Source of the DNA: Podarcis melisellensis
Lineage: Eukaryota
Reading direction: 5' to 3' (one strand)
Length of the DNA: 64,000 nt
NCBI GenBank assembly: GCA_964234715.1
Contig: OZ174279.1
Below are positions 37,345-50,600 of the stretch, in pieces. Numbering within the stretch: the first letter of the stretch is position 1; the number at the start of each line of letters is the position of its first letter. The translations under genes were made by a program, and so were the position numbers. The notes beneath the pieces are model-generated. The model made no database searches, was not told where the DNA came from, and saw only the letters and a program-made list of their open reading frames with translations.

Positions 37345-37483
37345 GGGGATGGGGAACCTGTGGTGATCCATGTTGTTGGACTACCACTCCCATCATCCCT
37401 GAGCATTGGCCATGCTGGCAGGGACTCACTGATGGGAGCTGGAGTCCAACAACATCTGGAGGGCCACAGGTTACCCCGTCCTG
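37345..37483. mobile_element. Palindromic hAT-type MITE
   Basis: AACCTGTGG..ATGTTGTTGGACT..CTCCCATCA ... TGATGGGAG..AGTCCAACAACAT..CCACAGGTT inverted arms. Confidence 0.72.
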
Positions 37484-40400
37484 TGTTATACGTTGAGGCT
37501 TAGAGCTATTTTACATAGTAGCTTTTCAGCTGGAAGGGATGGGTGTTACTCAAAAATCCAGCATTGGTTGCGGGTCAAGCCTGAATGGTGTTAACATCTT
37601 AGTTTCCATGATATTGGCATTTGTCCCCAGGACAAACCTTCCTAGGTGATCTTTACTCTGGACTATGGGTTAAGCAATATAGTTAGCTGCTCTGTCTCTT
37701 CACTAGGCATCAGGCTCCTGTCATAGGGCCGTAGATCCAATTTTTGTAAAAGCCACTAATTGCCCTGATGACAATCTAAATCTCATTTCCTTTCTTACCA
37801 GTATTTAAGGATAGTGCCTGTTAAGTTGTCCTTTGAGATATCAGAAGACAAGTATGGAACAAAGAGATGAGAACCATATGCAACCTCTCATTCAGATGTG
37901 CAGCTTATTGAGTGTGTCCTTGCAATTGTGCATGAATAATAATGTCCAATATAAATTGGCACTGAAATGTAAGAAGCAGTCCTACTATAACTTCACTTTT
38001 TGAGCGACTGGATTACTCTGGAGTGATGCTCCTTTGAGCTAAGACATTTTCAGAAGGCCAAATATATATTCTAATTTCTAAGCTATGCATTAGCTCATAT
38101 ATATCTGATTTCCACACCCAGCAGCTAAAGAAACATAAAACAAACAAAAAATGTTAGGGACAACCAGTAGAACTCACTTTCTGCAGTTAATTGGATGGAT
38201 TTGTTTTATTGTTTGCAGGACAGCTGCACACTGAAGAATGGCACAATTTCCCTTTTGAAGCATTCTCAAGATTAGTACATTAGCAAAAGTGACTTATAAA
38301 AAATGGGATTTGGTCTGCACAACTGAGACACCTGACTAGTCAAACTCTCCAAATTCAAACACATCCCTTTCTGGCATGTTTCTGGCGCACGTGTGATTCT
38401 CTCATTGTTTTGCACATTTTCCTGGCATCAATGTTGATATTTGGGTCAGAAAAAGGATATTCCCTTTTGAGATTTATTTAGTTTAACAGGTGCAAACTCC
38501 TGAGTTGGACATGCTTCATTTGCTTCAAGGCTGTAAACAGGCTCAGCATAATTCACTGGGATCTGCAGGGAAATCTTAAATGGCATGTGCACTCTCAATA
38601 GTGGTAGGACCAAGCGTTCCCCCCCCTCCATTGTAAAATGTAGCCATAATGTGCCATCTGTTTGTTCCTTCCTTAGTCAGCAGAAATGCTCCATATGATA
38701 GAAGAAAGAAACGGTATCCTGAACAAAGTTTCAATTAGCTGCTGTTGTTGGGGTTTTATTTGCAGGGGGAGGCATTAATTGTTATGCGTGTAAGAGGTGT
38801 AAACATTTCAACTGCAACAACAACCCATGGGTCGTTGGGCACAACAGCATGGCCAGGTGCACATATGACCCTGCAGTGCAGGAATCTCCATCTGCTTGGT
38901 GGTCTGTAGGGCCAGATAAAGGAAGCAGGGCTAGATCTACTTCTTGCCTACCTTCAGCAGGTAATGGTTGCTGCTGAGCATGCAAACCATCTGTTTGGAC
39001 TGTGCTCTTTAGAGTTGGCACCCCATATATCCACTCACTTATCTGTATCACTGGGTGGGGCAAGGAGACACCCACTCAGGTAGCTGATGTTGTGAGTTCC
39101 ATTATAGGGCAGCACAATGCCAAGACTTCAATCCATTGTTTATAAAATGTTTTGTACTGATTATCCCTTGCCCCACCTGGCAGCAACAATAGATGCTGAA
39201 TTTTCTCCCCATGCACCAGTCATTTGTGCACATGGAACACATACATATACTGTTACCCACCATCCCAATCTTTGCAGAGTGGCTGGATGAGATTTTTGCT
39301 TCCTATCTCAAATATTAGCTACATTCTGAAAGTCATTAAATTTCTTGGGTCTCAAAGGGGAGGGGTCTCCTCCCACCCCAAACTTATAACAACGCTAAGG
39401 TAGTCCATGGACAGATCATACAAGCTAAACAGTGGTCTGCTTTTAAACACAATCACAGCTATAATTCCACTGTTCTCCAGAATTACTTGTGATCCATCTC
39501 TTTTTGTCAGGCGGTTAGGGGGTGAGGATTAAACACCTGCATTGTGAGATGCCTATTATATGCAAAAGAGATGATTTGCACATCTGATGTTGGTCATATT
39601 GACAAAGTGCATATGTGAGCTGGGAGATGGTGGTAGCTTGCATTAAGAGCATGAATGATGCTGCTGTTGCTGTGAGAATCCTGGGGCATGACTCTGAAGC
39701 AGGAAAATGTTGATGGAGTTTAATATAGACATTTATTGTTGTTTCCTGGGGCTACATAGGTGTTTTGATTTGGTATTACTGCAGAAGTAGCGCCTTGAAT
39801 AGATGAGAATTTAATATACATCTGACACCAACATCTAAAAGCTATGCTCATGTAAATGGTGCAACAGCAGGAAGGTTAAATAAGGTTAATGCACTATTTG
39901 ATTATTCTAGTTTGCAATTTGCCTTTTTTTTATTCTGAGAAATCCACTTTTTTAACAGAATGTGAAAGTTCTGGCTTCAACCTGTCAAAGCCATGCAAAT
40001 GAAATATCAATATCGTGTCTACGGAATACATTTTAAACCCATGACATGGTGATCTGCATTGACACAGAAAAGAAAAAGCCCACTTCCCCTCCCACTATAG
40101 ATAGAGAATTAAAAATTGGACTTCCTAAAACAGTATTGATTTCCTTTAAGTGAATAAAGAGGAAATTCCCATCACAAAAAGGCTTCTGACAAAAACCCAT
40201 CAATAATGGAGGATGATTAGAAGACAGTGAGATAAAATAGAATTACATGTGCTTCTTTCTCAGATGTTTTCTTTGAACAATCTCTTTAAAAACATCTAGA
40301 AGGAAATGGGATCAGTAGAGAAAATGTCCTTTGTTGTCTTGCATTTCATTGTAGCTGCTTCTGCCATGGAACCAGAAAGATGCTGGAATGATTTTCTGGA

Positions 40401-40878
40401 AGGGGGGCCAAATGGGATTTTAAAAACAAGGACCCATGAAAGTGGGGCTTAAAGGTCGTACTGAAGAAAGAAAACAGAATCTGTAATATGTAGCATTAAA
40501 TATACAATTCTTTCCCCGGAAATATGGAAAATGTGAGTGGTAGATGCAGGGTGTCAAAACATTTGGGGACATATGCCAGGGAACAGAGGTTGATTTATTT
40601 CAGCACAACTGCTTTCCCTGCAACAGGGCGCAGGGGCCAAGGGGGCGCCTTCCCACATCCCTCCCAAAGCCTAACTCATGCTTGCCCAGCTTTGGGATTG
40701 TGCCTTGTCTGCCTCCTTCCAGCAACTCCTACAGCCAAGGTGGTGCCAAATGTAGTGTGCTTGCACGCATATCTCTCACTATGCTGTGATTGATTGGGAC
40801 TGTTAGCTCAGATAAGGTGGGATGTCACCTTATCTGGGCATTGCCTTTCCCACAATAAGGGGATAGTACAATGACAGC

Positions 40879-41227
40879 GGGTGGCGCTGTGGTCTAAACC
40901 ACAGAGCCTAGGGCTTGCCAATCAGAAGGTCGGCGGTTCGAATCCCCGCAACGGGGAGAGCTCCCGTTGCTCGGTCCCTGCTCCTGCCAACCTAGCAGTT
41001 CGAAAGCACATCAAAGTGCAAGTAGATAAATAGGTACCGCTCCCGCAGGAAGGTAAACGGCATCTCAGTGTGCAGCTCTGGTTTTGCCAGAAGCGGCTTA
41101 GTTATGCTGGCCACATGACCTGGAAAAACTGTCTGTGGACAAACGTTGGCTCCCTCGGCCAGTAAAGAGAGATGAGCACCGCAACCCCAGAGTCATTTGT
41201 GTCTGGACTTAACTGTCAGGGGTCCTT
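40879..41227 (+). mobile_element. Sauria SINE, near full length
   Basis: GGGTGGCGCTGTGG A box, GGTTCGAATCCC B box, GGGGTCCTTTAC end. TSD TACAATG(A/G)CAGC at 40867-40878 and 41228-41239. Confidence 0.93.
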
Positions 41228-43872
41228 TACAATGGCAGCTGACAACACCAGCAGCCCCCTTGGTGAAACATAGGGTGTGTAACATAGCTTGCAGGTGGAA
41301 TAAAATTTGCCTCCCTCACCATTGTCCTTAACGCCTCATATAGTTTCACACCTCCTGTAGAGTGCTTTTCTTCTCACTGCAGTAATGAGGAGAAAAACTG
41401 GGCTTTTTGCTGAAGAACAGAGAGAGCTATTCCCCCCCCCCCTGCCATCTGGGAATGCAGCCCTCAGGCCAAAGAGGTTAGCTACCCTTGTCTTAGTGGA
41501 AGATGCTGTGCAAGTGGGAGTAAATCTACCCCCACTTGCTAGTGCCTGTTCTAGTTAAATACAAACGCTATGGTAGCCATTACTTAACAGAGGAACCCAG
41601 AACCCAGAATAGAAGCAGCATATCTCTTCAGGAGGATTTTAGGTAGATGCTGTGTAAGTATTAGAACTGGAGTCGGTCCACATTGTGCACGTGCCCATTA
41701 TGTCCTAAAATAACCAGTTTGACCCAGTTCCCTTTCTAGGTCATGCAGCGGCTAATTTTTCTTCCACTATCCATGGTACATTTTATTGTATTTGCTTCTT
41801 CATAATCATGTGTCCTTCTGCTGCTTGTGCAGTTGCACAATGCAGACGCTGTATTCTGTAACAATGCAGCTTTCTTACCCTTCAGAGGACAAAGAGCCCA
41901 TTATTCAGTGCTGTAGTAGGAAGAAGCGGAATTCTGTGGGGATGACTAAAAAACAGGAGTGGGAAGCAAAGTCAACTGAAGGAAAGCAACACAGGCATCC
42001 CTATCCTTCCTGCTATTTGCACATGACGGACAAATGACATTAATAATAGTACTGTACTGGGTGTATATTGTCCTAATAGCTGCAGCCAGGATCTGAAGTA
42101 GTTCTGCATGCCCAGTGAATCTTTCATAATGTTTCTTGAATTAATTGTGAATGTCAGGTGTAGAAATCCATGGGAGTTTCACAATTACTTTGTAATGGGG
42201 GGGCGGAGTTGAAATCCTATCTGCCCCCGGGACTCTGCCCATTGGCCCTCCCCCCTGGCCATACTTCTCACTGCTCCTAAATTGTGTCCCCCTCTCTAGT
42301 GATTTTACCTGCCTGAGACATGCCCTTGAACTGTGATAAAATGTTTGCCTGTATGGAAGATGGAGATTTGTGGATGTCTGACTACTACCCTCACTTTTGC
42401 CACCCTCACCATTGGAAAGTAGTCCCTGCCCCTGAGAAGATTGCCCTAAGGGAATGCAGCATCTGGACTGAAAAGATTTTCCCTCCCTACCCCAGAGGTT
42501 GAAGCTGAAATAGGTCTTCAGATCTCTGCCTGTGCGTAAAAGGTGCTTTGCACTCTGCTTCACAAAGAAACAGGTACAAAACATTTAAGTGCAGGAAAGT
42601 CTGGGAAAAGTACTATACTGCAATGAAGTCTGCCATGTAAACTGTCCTGCTTGTACTGGTCTTGCCTTCTTCTGCGTTAGTCATGGAGACACTGGTCTAT
42701 TGGTTTAGACTGGAGTCATAGGAGAAAATAGGCTGCACAGTTTGTTTTGTCCAGTTCCCAGAAAAATTGGTTTGTGCATTTACTCCTGAGATGGAAGAAA
42801 AGGAAGAGCAAACAAATGATTAAAATCTATCCACTAGACATATATCTGAATATCTCAGCAAGCTGTCAACTACTGTTGTGGCAGCCTTTTGTCTCTAGAA
42901 AGAGGGATTGAAAGAAGGCCAGTGCGCTAACATGCCACCAATGACTGCTTTGATTGCAATTATCCCTAACAAGGTTATACATGCAGATGAATAAATTGAG
43001 AGCAAGAAATTACTTAATAATAACCCTGCAGACACTCTATGCATCATGATGCTTGGACATTTGCTGGCATACACATTTTTCTTCTTAGACTTTGCAATAC
43101 AATAGCACAGCTGAACCTATATGCTCTGCAGTGCATTCTCATTATCTTGACATCCTCTCTTCGTGATGTGTAGAACTCCATGTTAGCTCTATAGAAACAG
43201 ATTTTTCTCACTGCTGTCTAAATGTTTTTTGTTTCTGTATGCGGTGCCTATAACCCAAACCGTTTGGCTAAATGAAATTTCCACTCTGCAATTAACAAAA
43301 GAAGCACCACGATTTCTAAAAACTCAGCACTCCTACTTCCACCAAGTTAGGCTCTTCATAGGTGCTACTAAATAAATATAAAGGACATCGGAGCATTTGC
43401 AGAGCTGTACTTACACAAAAATGACTTGTGAGTGCACAAAATGGAATGGCTTGCTAATATCCCCCCAGATTCCATTCATATTTGAAGATTTGATGACAAG
43501 TGCATTTTCACTCTAGTTTTAATTTACAGTGGTTTGCAATTCTGAGTCACCACCATTCACACTTTATTATAAAGTCAGAGCATAGTTCAGGGGGGTTGTC
43601 GAAATACTGCATTGCTTCTGACAGTAACACATGCAGAGAGATACAATGAAAGTGAGAAGGTTGTAATTCATAATTAAAAAGTAAACTCTCAATTGGATTT
43701 ATTCATCTCCCAAAGTTTATTGTGTTATCTATGGGTCATTACTGGCAATGAAGGGCAGAGATGGAAATAATAGTTGGATTTAAAGGATGAATTACATATA
43801 CATGTGTGTGTTTGCTATGATAATCAAAAGTATTACAGGTGAGGGCTGTTGGCGATGGGCAAAATCCAGATA

Positions 43873-43981
43873 CAGTGGTACCTCCGGTTAAGAACTTAGC
43901 TAATGAGGCCTCCCGCTGCCGCCACGCCGCCACCGCCCAATTTCTGTTCTCATCCTGAAGCAAAGTTCTTAACCAGAGGTA
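43873..43981. mobile_element. Tc1/mariner-type MITE, left part (split by the L2; probably resumes at ~47700-47731)
   Basis: TA|CAGTGGTACCTC terminus; internal inverted repeat 43878-43897 versus 43963-43981. Confidence 0.75.
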
Positions 43982-44170
43982 AGAATAATAAAAATTTTAT
44001 TTATATCCCGCCCTCCCCAGCCGAAGCCGGGCTCAGGGCGGCTAACAACAATAAAACAGTACAAAGTACAACACAAACAACACTCTAAAATCATTCATTA
44101 TAAAATTAATTAATTCAAGTCACTGGCAACCATTGGGCCAGAGCTCCGTGAAGATTGCCGAGGGAGGGAG

Positions 44171-47100
44171 TCAGGCTGTGCCCTGGCCAAAGGCCTGGTG
44201 GAACAGCTCTGTCTTGCAGGCCCTGCGGAAAGATGTCAAGTCCCGCAGGGCCCTAGTCTCTTGTGACAGAGTGTTCCACCACATCGGAGCCACAGCCGAA
44301 AAAGCCCTGGCTCTAGTTGAGGCCAGCCTAACTTCTCTGTGGCCTGGGACCTTAAAGATGTTTTTATTTGAGGACTGTAAGTTTCTCTGTGGGGCATACC
44401 AGGAGAGGCGGTCCCGTAGGTACGAGGGTCCTAGGCCATATAGGGCTTTAAAGGTTAAAACCAGCACCTTAAACCTGATCCTGTACTCCACCGGGAGCCA
44501 GTGCAGCTGGTATAGCACCGGATGAATGTGATCTTGCAGCGAAGACCCCGTAAGGAGTCTCGCTGCAGCATTCTGCACCCGCTGGAGTTTCTGGGTCAGT
44601 CTCAAGCAGTGGCGTAGCATGGGGGTGCAGGGGGGCCGGCTGCACCGGCCACAACATCTGGGGGGGGCGCTCGCACTCAAGTGCTAAAATCCACGGGTTA
44701 GGGGGCGCAAATTACTTGCCTTGCCCCGGGTGCTGACAACCCACGCTACGCCACTGGTCTCAAGGGCAGCCCCACGTAGAGCGAGTGACAATAATCCAGT
44801 CTGGAGGTGACCGTCGCGTGGATCACAGTGGCTAGGTCAGGGCGAGAGAGGTAAGGAGCCAACTGCTTAGCTTGGCGGAGATGGAAAAATGCCGCCTTTG
44901 TTATAGCTGCAATCTGTGCCTCCATGGAAAGGGAGGTGTCGAAGATTACACCCAAACTCTTAACGGACGGTGCTGGCACTAATTGCACCCCCGCAAGAGA
45001 TGGGAGTTGCCCCCCCAATCCCATATCGTCCCGTCCCAGCCACAGGACCTCTGTCTTCGAAGGATTTAACTTCAACCAGCTCCCACGTAACCATCCATCC
45101 ACAGCTTCCAAACATCTGGTCAGTGTGTCTGGGGCCGAGTCAGGATGTCCATCCATCAACAGATAGAGTTGGGTGTCATCAGCATACTGGTGGCAACCCA
45201 GCCCAAAACTCCAGACAAGCTGGGCGAGGGGGCTCATAAAGATGTTGAAAAGCATCCACACACCAAGGAGTGGCGCAATGACAATTCCCCCCCAAGCGCC
45301 ACCCTCTGTCCCCAACCAGAGAGAAACGAGCGCAGCCATTGAAGGACTGTGCCCTGGATCCCCACGTCGGCAAGGCGGTGGTCCAGAAGTTTGTGATCGA
45401 CCATGTCAAAAGCTGCTGACAGATCTAGAGGAATCAGCAGCCCCGACCCGCCTCGATCCAGCTGTCTACAAAGATCATCTGTTAGGGCAACCAGAGCCGT
45501 CTCGGTCCCATGACCAGCGCGGAAGCCGGACTGGAATGGATCCAGAGCCGATGTTTCATCCAGAAACCCACCAAGCTGTCCAGCAACCGCTCTCTCGATC
45601 ACCTTACCCAGGAACGGAAGATTCGAAACCGGGCGGTAATTGGATAGATCTAAAGGATCTAATGATGTTTTCTTTAAGAGCGGGCACACCGCTGCCTCCT
45701 TCAGTTCCCCTGGGAATGTCCCCGTGCCAAGGGACAAATTGATGATATCCCCCAGGGGGGCCCGCACCTCGTCTACACACGCTCTAATCAGCCAAGACAG
45801 GCACGGGTCGAGAGGACAGGTGGTGGGCTTTCCAGCTCGGAGGAGTCTGTCCACATTGGCTGGGGATATCCGGTTGAAGTGGTCCAATACTGGACCCGAG
45901 GACAGTTGAGGGGCCTCCAGTTTATTGTATCCAAATTGGCAGGGAGGTCATGGCGGAGCAACAAGACCTTCTCCGCAAAAAAGCTCGCAAATGCCTCACA
46001 GCTGTGTGTCAAATTGTTATTTAAATTTGGCTGTCCCTCAAGGGACATTAAAGACCTGATTATACTAAATAATTGCGCTGGGCGAGAGCTAGCGGATGCA
46101 ATGGGGGCCGAGAAGTAAGACTTCTTAGCAGCCTTCACCGCCATCTCATAGGTTTTCATAAACCTCTAGCCGTCTGAGGTCCCGCTTCATTTTCCGGAGC
46201 TCCTCGGTAAACCAGGGAGCCCGGTTTCTGTGAGGTCGCAGAGGGTGCTTAGGTGCGATCTCATCTATGGCTGCCAGGAGCTGGATATTCCAGCCCTCAA
46301 CAAGCTCAGTCAATGAGTCGCCAGGGGGAGCAAGGTCCCGCAAGGCTTGGCGGAATCTATCAGGGTCCATCAGTCTCTGCAGGTGAGCCCAAATCGGCTC
46401 TCCACCTAAGCAGGGTGGGGGTGGAAAGTCAATCCTGGCTTTCAGAGCGTAGTGATCAGACCATGGCACCTTCATCGAAGGAGACATGATCACATCTATA
46501 CCTACGCCAAAGATCAAATCCAGCGTTTGGCCTGCTTGATGTGTGGGGCCCGAAACAAACTGGGAGAGCCCTAGTGTCACCATGGAAGACACCAGGTCCA
46601 GAGCCTGTGAGGAGGGAGTGGCATCAGCATGGATGTTGAAGTCCCCCAATACCAATAGGTTAGGGAACTTCAAGGCCCAGCCAGCCACCGCCTCCAATAG
46701 GCCTGACAGGGTGGCTGCTGGTGCACTAGGTGGCCGGTACACCAGCCAGACAGCCAAGCTCTCCTTGGAGCCCCACACTAGGCCAACACATTCAATGCCG
46801 GGGATCGATGGCGATGGTAGAGCCCTGAAAGGACAGTCTTCCTGGATTAATAATGCCACCCCTCCCCCCCCGGCCCACAGTCCGCAACTGGTGGAGGACA
46901 GAGAAACCCGGGGGCGCCATTTCTCGTAAGGTAACTGTTGCCCCTTCGTGCACCCAGGTCTCCGTCACACAAGCCAGGTCGACCCCCTGCGAGATAAAGA
47001 AATCTTGCAGGGTGGTGGTTTTGTTGCCTATAGACCTGGCATTGCATAGCACCAGTGACGGAGGTGAGTAATCCTTGCTCACCCTACCCTCGTCCCTCAG

Positions 47101-47241
47101 AATGAGGCGCAGATTGGAAGGGGTACAAGCATATCCATATCTCAATCCCCTTCGCCTATAACATCTGCCCCCACCGCCATACCTCCCTCGCCCCTCCACG
47201 GTAGCAATCCCAAGCCTCATAGTAGCCTCCATTGATGGCAA
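44171..47241 (-). pseudogene. L2 ORF2 (endonuclease-reverse transcriptase) pseudogene
   Basis: Split across ORFs 46792-47241, 46146-46859, 45788-46159, 45234-45887, 44746-45339 and 44171-44680 by frameshifts, a deletion of the PQG motif near 45256, and a MITE insertion. Confidence 0.92.
44607..44756. mobile_element. hAT (Tip100-like) MITE inserted in L2 ORF2, 150 bp
   Basis: TIRs CAGTGGCGTAGC(A/G)TGGG / CCCACGCTACGCCACTG; perfect 8-bp TSD GTCTCAAG at 44599-44606 and 44757-44764. Confidence 0.95.
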
Positions 47242-47479
47242 TTAATGTTATTCTTTCGCAGCCTAAAACATTAAAACCTTAAAACAACAAAAACAAAAAA
47301 CAAAAACAACCCAGAAAACAATAAAACAATACAAATAAAAACTGCAAAAATTACAAATTCATCAAAATCTAACAAATTCCCAAGCCCACCCAAACATCCA
47401 TCCCACCCCCATATATAAAAAAATCTAAAGGGAAAGGAAATTTTAAAAAACATGTTAAAAAGAACTCTGCACCCCTCCA

Positions 47480-47695
47480 GGTCCTCCTGGGCAGTAGCAG
47501 CATCAGTGGCAACAACCGTCCTTGTGAGGCCCCACCCTGGGCCAGATAGTAAGTGGCAGGAAGGAGCAGGGCCCTCAGACACTCACACAGGGGAGTCCTC
47601 CTGGGCAGCAGAGCAGTCCTTTTGAGGCTTCAGGCCCTGCCCCAGGCCAGATGGTAAGTGGCAAGAGCAGGGCCCTCAGGCACTCACACAGGGGA
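47480..47695. repeat. Two ~100-115 bp tandem units at the L2 5' end
   Basis: GTCCTCCTGGGCAG...GGCCAGAT(A/G)GTAAGTGGCA...GAGCAGGGCCCTCAG(A/G)CACTCACACAGGGGA occurs twice. Confidence 0.85.
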
Positions 47696-50600
47696 CTATA
47701 GGTACTATTTCTGGGTTAGCGGAGTCTGCAAGACAGGCGGCCCAATCTAGAAAATGAGGTCTGCAAATGGAAGTTCAGCTCAAATTGTTGTCGTTGTTTT
47801 GTAGGGCCTTGATTTGTGCCCTATTCTTGCTAGTGACATTTTATAACCTGTGATTGTTTCTTGTGTTGGATTTGATCAGATTCAGTCAAATGCTATGTGC
47901 TGTGCCTTCTTGCCTAGCTGGTTATTCATCCTGGCTTTTGACAACTTTCCATGTCAGAGTGGTGACCATGAAGGAGAAAGTGCCTGTTGACATTTAAAGA
48001 GGGTGTTGGTGTTGTTAAAAAATTATCTTGGCCCTTTAGATTTTAAAAAATTATAGGCCAGTATCAAACCTCCCTTTTCTGGAGAAGCAAGGGAGCATCA
48101 GGCTGTACTGGATTAAGTGGATTTTCTTGTTTCATTTCATTCTGGAGGCACTGTTCCACTTGGGAACAGTGCGTTCTTGGTGTGGCTTCTATTTCATGGA
48201 ACTTTCAACAAAAATACATCAGATGCACACAGACAAGCACTAAAACATTTTTTATTCCGCCTGAGCTTTAACACCATTGTGTTGCTGGTGGGTTTTTTTT
48301 TTAATTGTACTTATTTTATGCTCTCTGTTGTTGATATATTTTCAGTTGGCAGTATTCTTTAATTACAGTTTGGATCGAACACTGCTTTACAAAGTACAAA
48401 GTTGAAAAGTGGCCTATAAAGTGGCATAATCGGTTGCCATAATCTGTGATTGCATCCATGCCTTTAGAATTTCAATTTAGTTGAATGGGATAGCATGTGA
48501 TCACACAAAGGGAAGTGACTCTGACATTGCTGTAACTGAACGTTTGCCTTCTCACTATCACTTAAACTGATCAAATCCATCTGTAGGCTACATACATCTT
48601 CAGCTAAGCCCCAGAAATTATTTTCAAAGCCAGAGTTCAGCCCTGGATTCTTGAGATACATACTTTCATTCTCAGCCCATGTCCATCCATTTGACACCTA
48701 CTGTACTACTGCAGAGAGATTCTCAGCCTTTATGGTGGTAGAATCACACAGATCTACAATCTAGATCCCATGGATGGCAACATCTTAACCATTGCAGGAT
48801 TTAGAGTTAGACAGGAAAGGGTTAAGTGCTCTTTGGGACTGCCTTCATGTCTCTTTGGTTGTTAACTGCAGTAGACACTGATGGCGCTGCAGTAATAATC
48901 ACCAGATTTCTCCAGTGACTTTCAAAATCTTCTTGGTCAAGAGCCCAGAATCTAGTCTGCATCTGAAAAAAGACTGCAGCTCAATGTCTGGCACTATAAC
49001 GAAATGCTATCCTAAAGCATGACAATTGAGCATCCTTGGAGCAGCAGCCTTACCTATTTTCAACCATTTTGGTCCCGTTTTTACCATTGGATCCATTTTA
49101 AGGAACAAGCCCGAAAAAGGAATCTATGGAATCACTTCCAAACAAAAATAAGAAAACGATGAAATAAATATTTAGAAAATACTGGGTAAAGTAATATTTT
49201 CCACAAGTATTCGTAAATTTTCTGCAATAGGAAAAAGAAGGGAGGTGGAACATCAAGTGTATGGATGCTGAAAAGAAGGACCATAGCTTAGAAGTAAAGC
49301 ACATGTTTTGTTTGCAAAAGATGCCATATTCCATCTCTAGCAACTCCACTTATCAGGTGATGTGAAAGATCTCTCTCTGAGACCTCAAGGAAGAGAGAGA
49401 TGCTGTCAATCAGAGTAGGAAATGCCATGTCTGACCTGATTTGTTCCTGTAAATGCTGTTTAGCAAAGGAAATAAAGCAGGAGTAGGGGGATTGTTTTCT
49501 ACCTTTTTTGAGTGGTGGAAGGTTATGTGATCAGTTTCCTCAGGGCCAGACCTGCCATAAGGCATAATAAGCAGGGCATCTCGACTGGCAGATACCAAAG
49601 GACTGGAGAGAGGTGGTTGGATCCTGGAGGAAAGAACTGTTTGTACCACACAGCCTGCCCTGAACATACTAATACTAGGACACACTAGTCTGTTGGTCTC
49701 AGTTGCTATCAAGGAACCTGTGTATTGAAGTAGGTTGAATCAAGATTTAGCTGCCTGACCAGCTGGCTTCTGCATGTGGAATTTACAGCAGGGTGAGGGT
49801 GCCTCTGCCTTGCTTTTCACCTCAAGGAGCAAAAAGTCTTGGGTTTCCTTCTGACAGACTGATTGCTGGCGACCCTTTCTCAACATAAAGTTTCTAGGTC
49901 AGGTCTCAGGCATTTTGTCTGAACAACAGTCCATTTGGCTCTGTATTAGTGGGTGGAGCCTTGCTCTTCACTCTTTGCCCTTCATCTGTCTGAAACTAGC
50001 CCAGTGCTGTCCTACATTCCCTTATTCACATGTTCATAACCTAGTCAGCATTGTCAATTCTAGGAACACAAACATACTTATGCTTGCTATTGGAGGATTA
50101 AAGAGCCCTAGGCTTAGAGGGGTGGCCTATGAAAAACTAAAACAGAACGTGGGTTGAGCATGGATTCAAAAGAAGAAACTGAGAGGAATTCTCCAGAGTT
50201 CTGCGTCTGAAAGGCTTGATTATTCACAGATGCAAGTTTGCAAAATAGGCTTTGATTGTTTGCATACTGCCTCATGGCTAATGCCAACCCTACCATAACT
50301 GTCTGGGATAAAACATGTCTAATAGGCAAACGCAGAAAATGTGAGAGCACCTTGTTTTTGAATGTGTTCAACCATCCAGGTGATACCCAGTTATGGTTAC
50401 CATGTGTAACCATATGTATACAGCACTGAATTAATAAGATGTGGAGCAAATTTACGGCTAAAGTTTAAGAGCACAACCCAGGAGCAGCATTTCCATTGGG
50501 AATCCAGCCATTTGGGATCAGACCTATCGGTAGGAAAAGTGTAGCTTGATTTTGATATTTTATCTGATATAATATTTGTATAATGATTTTTCAACAGATG

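Larger units (their letters stand above)
43982..47699 (-). mobile_element. L2-clade LINE, ~3.7 kb, with complete but disrupted ORF2 and 5' non-coding region
   Basis: APE endonuclease motifs (SLVLCNARSI, DLACVTETW, VYRPP, LGDFNIH, TLDLIF, SDHY), RT motifs (NYRPVSNLPFLGKVIE, QSGFR, LDLSAAFD, YADDTQLY), L2 C-terminus (SRLDYC, LQRVQNAAARL, LHWLPV) and TAAATAAAATTTTTATTATT tail. Confidence 0.95.

Noticed and set aside
44133-47071. Several plus-strand ORFs of up to 189 aa
   Set aside because: Antisense shadows of the GC-rich L2 ORF2.
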